DNA of 64,000 nt from Vitrella brassicaformis CCMP3155 (taxonomy: Eukaryota; Protista; Chromerida), in the NCBI GenBank assembly GCA_001179505.1, contig CDMY01000113.1, forward strand, positions 124,001 to 188,000, read 5' to 3'. Every line of letters begins with the position of its first letter. Position 1 is the stretch's first letter. Position numbers and translations under genes: made by a program. Under the pieces are notes generated by a model, which saw only the letters and a program-made list of their open reading frames with translations, had not been told where the DNA came from and ran no database searches. Shown here piece after piece: positions 48,634 to 60,555 of the stretch.

Positions 48634-48935
48634 CTCAATGGATTAGAGGCAGCTAGGCGCCGCCAGCCACCCTGCACACAACAGACAGACAATACAGAAA
48701 ACATGAATCCATGAGTTGCCAACGCCTGTCATCGCATCTACCTCGCAGTTGGCTTTCGGCCAAGGACAACGGTACGCTACACACGTGCAGAAGCACACCC
48801 GAACGGCAACGGGTTTCGTTCGATCCTACGTGCGAGCTTGTATGCGTGCGCCGCAAACGAAAGAGGAAGGGCAGCGGTTGAACAGCCAAGCGGCAATAAG
48901 GAGAGTACCGGCTTGGGCGAGATCTGCATCAGATC

Positions 48936-51000
48936 ATGGCGCAGCTGCGGCAGATCTCTCAGAGGACGCCAACATCAGAGCCCAGCGACGCCTTGCAGCC
49001 ACGCCGGCCCGGCCTGCGCTTCCTCCCACTCCCTCTCGCCCTCTTCCTGACCACCCTGTGGCGTGCAGCTGCTGACCAGCTGCCGACAGAGCTCTTTCGC
49101 AACCATCGAAGCGCCGGCCGCAGGAAAGGCAGGACCCATGCATCCCTAATGTTCATCCCCTCTCTCCGCCTGTCCTCTCATCAACGCAAAGCGTCGGCGA
49201 GGACAGACGCGGCTCGGCTCCCGCCGCTGGGTGGCTGGATGCCGATGACGTCTTCTTGTGTGCGTCTGCATGTGGTCAAGGAGCCAGAGGTGGCCGTGAT
49301 CAGAGGTCTGAGTGAGGGTGAGATGGCGCTGATGCGGAAGCTGGAGAGCGAGGAGCAAGACTACCACGACCTGCAGAAGCAGCTTGAGAACCCTGACGTG
49401 TTCGCCAACCCACAGGTGTGTCACCTTATAAGAAATAAAGAATGATCAATGATTGCAGACTCAGTGTGTGTGTGTGTGTGATTGTGTGTGTATGTGTGTG
49501 CGTCTGTGTGTGGGTTGGTATTGGGGTGCGTGTCAGGAGATGGCTCGGATCCAGAAGGGCATCGCAGCCAAGGAGGAGTTGATGAGCACCTTCCAGGAGT
49601 GGCGCAAGGCGCTGCAAGACCTGGACACCACAAAGGAACTGCTCTCGGCCGAATCAGGGTGAGCAAATGAGTGGAAATCCGATGACATACACTGCAGAGG
49701 ACCATGGGGATGCACGGTGTGGTGTGTTGTGGGTGTCAGTGAGATGCGTGAGTTGGTGCAGATGGAGCTGGATGAGCTCGCGGAAAGGATACCAGAGCTC
49801 AAGCAGAAACTCGAGGTCAGTCATGGTGGGAGTGGAAGGAGGAGGGCAACATAGGCAGCATGCAAGTGCGTTGGTCTATTGGTTGGTCGGTCGATCAGAT
49901 ATTGCTGCTGCCGACGGATCCGAACGACGACAAGAACATCGTCATGGAGATCCGGCCGGGCACGGGCGGCGACGAGGCCAGCATATGGGCACAAGACCTG
50001 CTGCGGGTGGGTGAGGTGCATGGCGTCATCCAGTGTGGGGAGGGAGCATGGCCGTCCTTAGCCCACTGCTCCCTGTTTGTTGCTTGTGGCAGGTGTACCA
50101 GAAGTATGCCGGTGACCAGGGGTGGCGGTGCAAGATCGTATCGGTGAGTGAGAACACAACGCCAGCCAGCAGCGAGCCGGAAGAAGTGCACGTCTGCTGG
50201 CGTGTCTGGCTGTCCATTCAGGAGGAGCCACCCATGATGGAGGTGGAGGGCGACAAGGTCTACAGCAAACTCAAATTCGAGTCTGGGGTGCACCGGGTGC
50301 AGCGTGTTCCCGTCACCGAGACTCAGGTCGGCGGGGGATCAGCGCAGAGGAGCCGTCACGCGACATACACAACGCTTTCTCTCTTCTGTGTGTGCGTGTG
50401 GTTGCGGGTGTCAGGGCCGCATCCACACGTCCACCGCGACCGTGGCCATCATGCCTGAGACGGATGATGTGAGCGTGGAGCTCAACATGGATGACGTCGA
50501 GCTCAAGACGGCTCGGTCCAGCGGGGCGGGTGGGCAAAATGTCAACAAGGTCGAGACCGCCGTCGACCTCTTCCACAAACCCACCGGCATTCGCATCTTC
50601 TGCCAGCAGGAGAGGTAAATACGACCTCTCCCCTCCATGCAGACATCCATCCATCCCCGTGCGGCGCGGTGCTGTGTGAATCAGGTCTCAGCTGAAGAAC
50701 AAGGAGACCGCCCTGAAGATGCTGCGGTCGAAGCTCTATGCGATGGAGCTGGAGCGTCAGCAGGAGGAGATCGCTTCCCTGCGGAAGATGCAGGTGGGCA
50801 CCGGGGCGCGGTCCGAGAAGATCCGCACCTACAACTACAAGGACGCTCGTGTGACCGACCATCGCCTCAAGAGGAACTTCTCGCTCGACCAGTTCCTGGG
50901 CGGCAACCTGGAGGACTTTGTGGCCGCGTGCATCTATGCCGACCAGCAGGAGAAGCTGCAGGAGCTCAACGAGGAGACCAAGCTGGTGTCGGCTGCATGA
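48936..51000 (+). CDS. prfA: Bacterial-type peptide chain release factor 1, probably plastid-targeted
   Basis: [36 protein letters not shown] (PxT motif), [24 protein letters not shown] (GGQ), [11 protein letters not shown]-terminal extension with a hydrophobic stretch. Confidence 0.93.
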
Positions 51001-51335
51001 GATGAGTGGAGAGACCGTGTATGTGTGCGAGTGTGATGATGCGTGTTTTGTCGACTGGACGGTTATTTTGATCCAGTTCGGCTGGGCGCGTCGCATGGGG
51101 TGACTTCCGTTCATTCCATCTGTGTCGTCATTCAATTGCATGCATCGAACGGTCCGTCATTCGGTCAGATATCATGAGGACACTTACGTAGACACAGGAG
51201 CTATTTACATAAAGATAGATAAGCAGGGCCGCCAGAATGAGGGTCCGCCGTACCTGTCTGAGGACAAATGAGAGGATGGAGCGTCGCTATACGCCCCCCT
51301 CCTCCATGTGTCCACACGCACGTACGAGCGGCCCC

Positions 51336-54300
51336 TCACTCCTTGCCTCCTTCATCACCGCTATGCTGAGACTCAGTTACGTCCTCTACGCGGACGACAG
51401 TCTGGTTCTGCTTGCTCTTGATGCGGGCACCTACACTACCACCTGCCCCTTCACCGCTACTGTCGCTAGTGTGTCTGTCGTCCTCTGTTGCCCCGCCAGC
51501 ATCAGGAGCGAAGCCCATGCCGTAGTAGGCCAGGTCACGCATGTCGTCGCTCAAATCAACCGCCACCGGGGGCCTCTGAGGCGCGCACACACACACGGCC
51601 CAATGCAATGTCTGTGTGGGGTGATGGTGGGGGAGGTGTGTTGGTCTTCGTTGCTCACTCACTCCGTCGTAGAAGACCAGCTTCTGCTGCGCAACGGGGA
51701 GGCCGAAGAGCCGCGCACAGAGCGTCTTGAGATCTCTGCGCACCGCATGCCATGTAGCACCAAAACACAGGGTGAGAGCTTGGCCGAGAGAGAGATCATT
51801 GTACCTGACGAGGAGTGTGGACGGGAGTTTCTTGGTGATGGGCGGCTTGTGGATGATCGAACTCGCACCGGCCTCCAACGTCACACCTGAAGAAGGCACA
51901 GAATACTTACATGCTGGCGCGAGCCTATGCCTCCGATCATTGTGTGGGATCCGTTTCATCAGTACTGATGAGTGTTTGCGCGATGGTCTGCGGCTGCCCC
52001 GACGCCGACGACACTGCACACACACGCAAACACGGGATGAAATTTGCTCGTCCGTCGCGGGGTGGGGTGCGCACCTACGAGTACTTCTCCATGGATTTCC
52101 CTCAGGCGCTTCTCGTTGACACCGCCCTGACACGACACACGCGCACACACGGACACAAATCAATCACGTGACATGCAGCGCAGCACTCGCACTGTGGTTG
52201 CCTGCCTGCGAGTCTGTTTACCCTCTCCTGTGGGTCTAGCTGCTTGACGGCGGGGTGGCCCTGTACGGCCAGCGACAGGAAATACCGCTCCGCACTCGTA
52301 CGCTCGCGCGAGTCCACCTGACAGGGAGGGGTAAGATACTGAGCAGACTGTGTCTATCCGTGTCTGCTCACCTCGCCGCCGTTGAGGCTCCTCAGTTGCG
52401 GCAGCATGGCTATCAACAACTGAGAGCAGCAGGATACATACCATGATACGAGTTGCCTCACAATCATCAAGCCTCGAGTGAGTGGTTCCCTCACCTGTCT
52501 GGCCAGTCTGAGTCCGCCCTGCTTTGCGTCCTCAATGATGGGGTTGTGCTGCAGGCGCAACACACGCAGCGAGCTGAAGGCCGCACACACCTCACCCAGA
52601 CTACTCCTGGCCATACAACACATGCACGTGGCGCGAATTTAGACAGCCTGCTGGTGTGGTGTGGTGTACTCACCAGTCCTTGATGCAGTTGTCTTCGAGC
52701 GAGAGCACGGATATGCGCCCGAAGACCGCCTGCACACCGGGGGTCGTGCCGAGGCATGATGACTGGGATGCCCCAGCTTCGCCCAGCCGGTTGTGGTTCA
52801 GCTGCAGTGCCTCCAGGCTGCACACATAAACGAACGAACACCACAAAGAGTGATCTCGTCTCTAATCTGTGTGTGTGTGTGTGGGGNNNNNNNNNNNNNN
52901 NNNNNNNNNNNNNNNNNNNNNNNNNNNNNNNNNNNNNNNNNNNNNNNNNNNNNNNNNNNNNNNNNNNNNNNNNNNNNNNNNNNNNNNNNNNNNNNNNNNN
53001 NNNNNNNNNNNNNNNNNNNNNNNNNNNNNNNNNNNNNNNNNNNNNNNNNNNNNNNNNNNNNNNNNNNNNNNNNNNNNNNNNNNNNNNNNNNNNNNNNNNN
53101 NNNNNNNNNNNNNNNNNNNNNNNNNNNNNNNNNNNNNNNNNNNNNNNNNNNNNNNNNNNNNNNNNNNNNNNNNNNNNNNNNNNNNNGGGGGGGGGGGGGG
53201 TCTGTTTGCTCGTCTGTTTGCTCGTTATACCTGTCCATGTGTTGCAGCTGCAGCCTGTCGAAGAAGTCCCAGCTGCTGATCAGATTGTCGTCCAGATCAA
53301 GACACCTCAGGCCGCCAAGGTGGCCCTCCACATGAGGCCCCTTCTGCTGTGTGACGGTCTCCCCCAGCCTGTTTAGCTTGAGATGCAGCTCACGCAGAGA
53401 GGGGAAGTGGCCTGACACGCGACACACCTGACACACATACCCAGCACGCAGACGCACGGCCACACACATAAAGGAGCTAGCTAAGTCATCCACCCGTTGT
53501 GCGCCGACCTCAGTCCACTTGATGTGTGTGCCGTTGAGTGAGAGCATCTCCACTGAGGGGCAGCTCACGTGTCCCTCGGAGGACTCGTCGATGGCTTTGA
53601 ATCGGTTGCGGTTGAGGCTCAGGGACCGCAGGTTGGGCATCGACTTTGCAATACGGAACACCTCGCGCCAGTCGCACAGCAGATTGTCGTCCAACACGAG
53701 CACCGACACGTCTGACGTGGCAGAGAGGGAGTGAGAGAGGGTTGAATGGATCAATCGTGCGCCACAAGTGTCTGATGGATGGATGGCCTACTTCCGAGTG
53801 TCGATGGGTGTGTGAGGCCATTTGATGCATCGCCTGCGGCAGGTTGCTGGCATGGCAGTGATGCGGTGCTGATGCTGCAGTTGTCGAGCAGCAGCTCCTC
53901 GAGGTTCTCGTAGTGGGAAAAGTACTCCCGCGCCTGACGTCACAACAAACACACAAGTGGGTGCCGGTGTGATGAGATGACGATCCTTCTTCTCCCTGCC
54001 TGCCTGCCTGCCTGCCTGCCGGTCTAAGTGCGCACCTTATCTTGCCCGACGAACTGCATGGGTTTGGTCCTGCTGGTCTTGGCATCTACCACCGTCAAGT
54101 CACCCTCCACATCTGACAAATGACATCCAGCAAACGCCACGCCATGGCATTCGCATCAATCAATCGAGTCCTTCTACTGTCGCGTGCCGTGGCTGACCTT
54201 CTCCCTGCATGGCGTATTTGTCCACCAATGCGCTCAGCAGATCCCGACCGCCAGACACCTTGCCGGGCTTGACGAACGACGCTGCCGTGTGTGGGTGCTG

Positions 54301-54501
54301 CGCATACTCACACGTGAAGTACCGGTCGCCTTGGAAGGTGCCCTCGTGCCGGCCACGTGACGGATCATCCCACTCGACGCCTACCCATTCATTGCCAGAT
54401 GCCGAAACGCCGTCAGCCTGATCTCGCTTGAGAGGACCGAAAAAGCGAACCGTAGCGACGGACCCATCGATGGACACACGCTGGCCGACAGAGAAACTCA
54501 T
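51336..54501 (-). CDS. TBCE: Tubulin-folding cofactor E (CAP-Gly + LRR + ubiquitin-like), spans the assembly gap
   Basis: N-terminal CAP-Gly (ATVRFFG..WVGVEWDDPSRGRHEG), LRRs (LVLDDNLL, LRSLSLNRN, LSLNGT, LDLDDNLISSW), and C-terminal UBL (KKLPSTL..LCARLFGLPVAQQKL..DMRDLAYY). Confidence 0.9.
52887..53186. other. Assembly gap (300 N) flanked by G-runs
   Basis: N run inside a TBCE intron/exon region. Confidence 1.
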
Positions 54502-54614
54502 TGACGCGGAAAGAAGATGCAGATCTACCCAAGCTCGCAAGCAGAAAGAATTTACGAACGACCAAAGGGGATTAATAGCCGCGGAAGGCCATTCTGCGGC
54601 AGATCTGATCCATC

Positions 54615-56553
54615 ATGTCTACGGTGACGGTTCAGCTTGGCCAATGCGGCAACCAGCTGGGCCAGCAGCTCTTCCAGCTCCTCCACACGGAGGCCACCAC
54701 CGCCCCGACCCAGACAAACACCGCCAGCAGCAGCCTCAGCAGCAGCCTCCCCGCGTCCACCATCTCCCCCTACCACTCGTCGCTGCTCGACACCTACTTC
54801 TACCAGCCGCAGACCAAAGATAGGCACAATGACGCGTGGACGGCCAGGGCGGTGCTCATCGACATGGAGCCCAAAGTGGTCGAGCAGTGCCTCCACTCCA
54901 CACACACCAAGCGGCCGCCCACACTCCTGTCTGCTCGACATCCACATCCCTCGAACAAGGCTGCCGCTGGTATCGGTGGGAGCGGTGGCGCGCCTTCGGG
55001 TCAGTGGCGGTACGACGCCAAGAGTGCGGTGTGTCAGCAGAGCGGGAGTGCCAACAACTGGGGGTACGGGTACTTTGTGCACGGCGAGCGCAACAGGGAG
55101 AGGATAGCCGACGTCACGAGGCGACAGGCCGAGAAATGCGACAGGCTCGACAGCATACACCTGATGCAGAGCCTCGCAGGTCAGATCTGCAGGCAGACGA
55201 ACAGATGAAGCGGTTGGCACACTCTTTTAAAAGAGTGTTTGTGTTTGTATTTGATAGGTGGCACCGGTAGTGGGTTGGGTGTGTATGTGTTGGATTTGTT
55301 GTGCGACGAGTACCCCTCTGTGTCGGTCCTCAACACGTGCGTGTGGCCTTTCAAAGCGGGCGAGGTCACGGTCCAGTGCTACAACGCATCCCTCTCAATG
55401 GCCAAGATATACCAGCAGAGGTCAGCTAGGCCATTTTCCATCCATTCTCTCCCTGATGTGCGTGTGTGTGGTGCAGTGACGGCATCCTGTTTGTTGAGAA
55501 CGACCGGTACCGGTCTCTGTGCGAGCGTCTGTACCACATCGACCACCTGTCGTTCCCCTGCCTCAACGAGGCCATCGCCAACGACCTCATGGGCGCACTC
55601 ACACCCCTAGACGACCCCGCACTGTCGGCATCTGTGGGCTGGCGGCCAGCCATCCCCCTCATGCTCAGACAGTGCTGCACTCACCCCGCATACAAACTCC
55701 TCACCATGAGATCCGTCCCGCAGGTCAACACCATCCATCCATCCATTCATCCAACATGGCAATGATCCCATTCATCCGTGTCTGTCTTTAGGTGCCGGTA
55801 TCTTCTGTTCCGTATCACAGCGACGAGTGGTCGGGGCTGCTGAAGCGGCTGCATCGCATGTGTGGCCACCAGCTGATTCTCGACTTCGAGGGCGCTACCC
55901 CACATATGGAGAGGGGCTGGGGGAGCTCATGGGGAGGGGGAGGCGGTGGGGGCGGGGGCATGCACAAGACATCGCACCCCGACGCACCGCCGGCAGGTGC
56001 ATCGCAGCAGCCGTGGGGTGAGGAGGACGACCAGCAGCGGTGGGGCAACGTGAGTGTGGGCAGCCAGCTGGTGCTGCGGGGCGTCGACACGCACAGGGCC
56101 GACCCGGCCCCACTCATGAAGAACGACAACTTCTGGAGCCTCGCGCTCGACCCCATTGTGGTCCGTCCCCCACACAAGCCACAGAGGCAGAGATGCTCGC
56201 TCCATATGTGTGCCATGTGTGTGTATGTTTCTCTGCGTGTAGGTGTATCAGAATCCGTTTCCATTCCGTGGTCTGCAGCGGTCGGCGTCGCTCATAGCCA
56301 ACGACCAATCGCCGCTGACAGCCCTCAAAGAGTGAGGGAGTGAACACCCCTGCAATACAGATCATACACCATGCATGCGTGTGTGTGCGGGGGTGCGGTA
56401 TGTGGCAGGATGTTGCATCGCGGCTTGGGCATGCTGGTTGGTCGAGCGTATGTGCATCAGTATGAGGCGTACGGGCTGGGGGAGGAGGCCATCGGCGAGG
56501 CCATGCAGTGCCTCACACAAATCATTCACTCATACCAGCAACTCAAGACATGA
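54615..56553 (+). CDS. TUBD1: Delta-tubulin
   Basis: MSTVTVQLGQCGNQLG, ARAVLIDMEPKVV, QSGSANNWGYGY, SLAG|GTGSGLG, GEVTVQCYN, ENDR, HPAYKLL, RAYVHQYEAYGL. These are delta-type tubulin signatures. Confidence 0.92.
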
Positions 56554-56868
56554 TTGACCTGCCAGGCCAGCTGTGGACATCCATCATATCACAATACTTT
56601 TCGTGATGTTTGCCCGTTGGCCACCTAAAGTAACATCTAGACCCTCTTTCTTTGCTTCTCTGCATCCGTTAACATGCACTACCGCAGCCTGTCTGTGCTC
56701 GGCCGGCCCCGTGCTTGGTGTTTGTGGTGTCTCGTCGGATTGGGATGCCTCTCAGACGAGACACCACAAACATCAAGCAGGAACAGAGGGAACAGAGTCA
56801 TCAGCAGCGACGTTCAGTCAGTTCGACGCAACAAACACTGTATGCGTATTGACATCAAAACATCCCAT

Positions 56869-58507
56869 CCACACAACCCTCCCTCACTTTGGCACGCACC
56901 ACAGCACCCAGATGTCCTCACACGATACCAAAGCCCCCCCACCCCCACACCCATCACCACCATCACTACCAGCACGCATCAGCGCCGCCCGCAGCACATT
57001 GGATCGCCTCCGCGGGGCCGCCAGCCTCTCAGGCGCCGTCGATGCGCCGCTCATCCGCCGGCAGGGGCACATCGGTGATGTCATAGATGTGACACATATC
57101 GCCCAGCTTCTGGAAGAATTGCACCACACATGGGTCTCGATAGCGGTAGCTGAGGAGGATGGGTGGGGGCCGGGTGGCACAGTCGATGGCTCGTCTGAGT
57201 GTGGCAATGAGGGGCCCGTAGCTGTCGCTGTTGTACAAGACGTCACATAACATGATGAGCGAGAAGGGGCCGAACTCATCACTGACGGCCGTCAGGGCCG
57301 CGTCGTCGCCCCGCGGCAAAGGACGGCCATGAATGTGTGCCTTGCGATCAGACTCTGCACATGGAACCACGACCAAGCACGATAGACAATGACACACACT
57401 GGGCATGCCCTCGTTCGTTCCGTCTGTGTGCTGTTCATCAATTACCTGCACCAAAGTTGAGAGTGAGGTTGGCCTCACAGATGGGCATTACGTCAGGTAG
57501 GTCAGTGCACACGACCATCGGCTGCCGCATCCCGCCACTGAGATAGTACACGATGCCACCGACCCCCGTGCCGCTCCCAAGCTCCAGACAAGCGTGCCTT
57601 CCAGCATCATGCTCATGCAGCAACCTTCTGTAGCCCTCTTGCCGCAAACACTCCGCCACCATCCATCCAGCGTCCCATACCTTCCCCCCCAGCACCTCGT
57701 AAGCCGACTGCTCCAAAATGAGGGCTAGAGGGCCGACGGGCGAGAGGTCGAGCAGCCGAGCGCCGCTGAAACCATCCCACGCATCAACAAGGGCATTACT
57801 CCCTCCTGCTGCCGTGTTGTTGGTCACCAGAGTGAACAGCAGCGATGCGGCCCTGAGAATGCCGCCGCCAGCCACGCACTTGGGGTCCACCTGCACGACT
57901 AGGATGGCCGTCACGGACAGCACAGAAGACGGCCGCCTGCCCATGGACGGCACCATGTCGATGGCCACCTGCAGCGATGCACTGCCGCTCTTCCTGACAA
58001 GGAGGTCTCTTGGGTTCTTGACAGCCACATGCAGCTGGCAGGGTGGGGCGGGGGATTGATGGCTGCCAGTAACTGGCGTCCATGGGATGGCCGTGAGCTG
58101 CAGGCCGACATACTACCTGCTGCTGCTGCTGCTGCTGGATGGTGTGGATGATGAGTCAGAGGGCACCATTGCATGACTCATGCCCTGACAACCAAACGAG
58201 AACGGGAACACACACACATGCTCTTCTAGGCTACTATGGCCCCAGTGGTCAGTTCAAGCGTACCAGCTCGTTCGCAAGATAGAGCTGGCACAGATAGACA
58301 AACAAACAGCAAAGGGCACTACACCATGATGCGATGAGTCAGACGACAGTGTCCTTCATGCTGCCACCATACCTCAGCAGTGAAGTATTCGCCGGCCTTG
58401 ACGACCTTTGGTGGTCTGTTTTTGAAGTAAAGTCTGAACAGCGTGTGCTGCACCTGACAGCTGACGTCGTACGATGCCGTGTTCGAAGCCATATCGAGAC
58501 TGTCCCT
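56869..58507. repeat. Segmental duplication, inverted partner of 32260-33872
   Basis: Direct sequence comparison. Confidence 0.92.
56884..58492 (-). CDS. METTL21-like methyltransferase, copy 2; +1 G near 57036 truncates the C-terminus
   Basis: Reverse complement is near-identical to 32277-33857. It reads ATC GAC GGC GCC TGA where copy 1 has ATC GAC GCG CCT GAG. Confidence 0.82.
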
Positions 58508-58653
58508 ATGAATTGAAGGCTTCAAGCTCGGCATTCTAGGAAGGCTCCGTAAAACCGCTGCGGGATCGCCTGCTGGCTCACTCTGAAACCGCTGGGGATC
58601 TGATCTGCTCTGTTGACGGCTTGGCGTGACGGCTGGGGCGGCTGGTGGGGACG

Positions 58654-59966
58654 ATGGCTGCCCATGAGCACCCCGTCAGCCACTTGTTTGTCGGCAGCCG
58701 AAGCCATCTGCCCGACATCGTCACGGTTGCCCGCCTTAGGGCCACATCGAAGAGCATCCGGGCTGCCTTCACCATAGCTGAGCTGCGCACCCGCCTCGCC
58801 AACTCACTGAGCCGTGACGGAGATGGCATCAACACTAAGCAGCTGCAGCTGGTGCGGTTCGACCCATCGCTGTGGATAGGTGAGCTGATGGCGGCGGTGT
58901 GGATAGCCGAGGAGGGCGGGCGGTGGGATGAGACGGGGGAGATGCTGCAGTGGGCCAGCCAGTGCGGCTGTTGTCAGCTGCCCCTCAACCTCACGGCAGA
59001 TGACATTCGCACACACGCCAACAAGACGGTAAGGCACACACACACAGGGAGGCGGGAGGGAACAGAGAGGCCTCAGTCATTCCTCTGTCTGTCTGTCTGT
59101 CTGTCTGTGTGGTGTAGGCGTATAGATCGGTAGCTCGTGTGTTGGCGCAGCTCATGGTGGTCGGCCGCCACGTGGCCTTCGGTGATGGCAGCTGCCTGCG
59201 GATCTTCCGCCGTGCCAATGGTGAGGTGCGGGCCATCAAGAACGATTTCTGGTTCCGGCTGGACGACGTCGACCCGCCCCTCCCTCCCCACCATCTGTAT
59301 CAGCGGCACCGACTACAGCATGACCCACCAGTGGAAACCGGCATCGCCTACTTTGGTGTATGGCGGTCGAGCTTCCTGTACGAGTATGCGTCATTGTCGT
59401 CATTTGCCAAGAAGATGATCCTCGACCACTTCTACTGCACTCACCAGCCCTCTCGCACATCGATACGACTCAACAGGTAACACACCAATGGCACCAGTGG
59501 CGAGAGTGGTGCGTGTTTGATTGTGTGGTTTGTTGGTTCAGGCGTGTTGGCGGCGGCCGTCTGGATGGCCTCCTCATTCAGTCGCCACACACACCGGTGG
59601 CCGGATGCACCACCACACTCAGCTCGGACGGCCGTGTTGGGCGGTACCTGGTGCTCACCAGCAGCAGCCACACCTTCGTGGCGTGGATTGCCATTTCGAA
59701 TTTGGGGGACAACACCGGTCACGCCGACAGACAGCTCTGCTGGTGGTCAAATGTCATGTGTTGTTCTCTCTCGTCTGTCTGCAGTGAGGGTTACTGTCCA
59801 CACGACCGAGGCGCCTGTGCCGTGTGTGAGCGGTTCCTTCAAGGACCGCTTCCCGGTCACGACTCAGCTGGCCCGTGTGGCGCTGGGTCGAGTGACGCCA
59901 TACGTCTTCGACGGCCAAGTACAACAGCAGCAGCACGACGACAGCGACGATGACGGTACAGACTGA
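58654..59966 (+). CDS. Lineage-specific hypothetical protein with F-box-like N-terminus, multi-exon
   Basis: MAAHEHPVSHLFVGSRSHLPDIVTVARLRATSK... ORFs 58654-59028, 59139-59477, 59563-59630 and 59784-59966 have GT-AG junctions. The family assignment is recalled from Vitrella proteins and was not verified. Confidence 0.6.
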
Positions 59967-60555
59967 GGGAGGAATGTGTGTGTGAATGGATGCCGTGCCC
60001 TCTCCCGGTGTGTGCGTCTGTGTTCAGGAGGATACCTGTAGCTGGATTGCATTCAACTGGCGCCATAGATAGCTGCCGATGACCCATCCAGGCTGGCTGT
60101 GGGCTGAGGGGCTGGGGTGGGTCTGTCTCTCCGGTCCTCCGGTCTGTCTGCAGAGCTATGTGCATGTCTAGCTGTCTCTCCCCCTCCCTCTAACCTGTCG
60201 ATGTATATTGATGAATGGCTGGCCGACTTTGTCCGCTGTGGTGATGCATGTATTCTCTGATGAGCGTGACATTGCCCAGTATGCATGAGTGTGTGAATAG
60301 TATTGAGCGTCCTTTTCGTGTCAAATCCCATCAAAATCCCATCAAAATATGTCTCATTTCATTTGGCCCATGGTCGTGTCAGTCAATGTGTGTCCAGCGA
60401 CGAGTCAAATTCCATCAAGACACGGCCGGCCATCGGGCAACAGGCCGGCTATCTGCAACAGCGCGGTTTCTGCGAGCTTTGCAGGGGAGAGGTCGCTTTC
60501 ACGCAGTACCCCAACTCCATAGATGAGAAGCCAACTCCTCCCTCGACGATGGGCA

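Noticed and set aside
52756-53376. ORFs running through X residues
   Set aside because: Artefact of the N gap.
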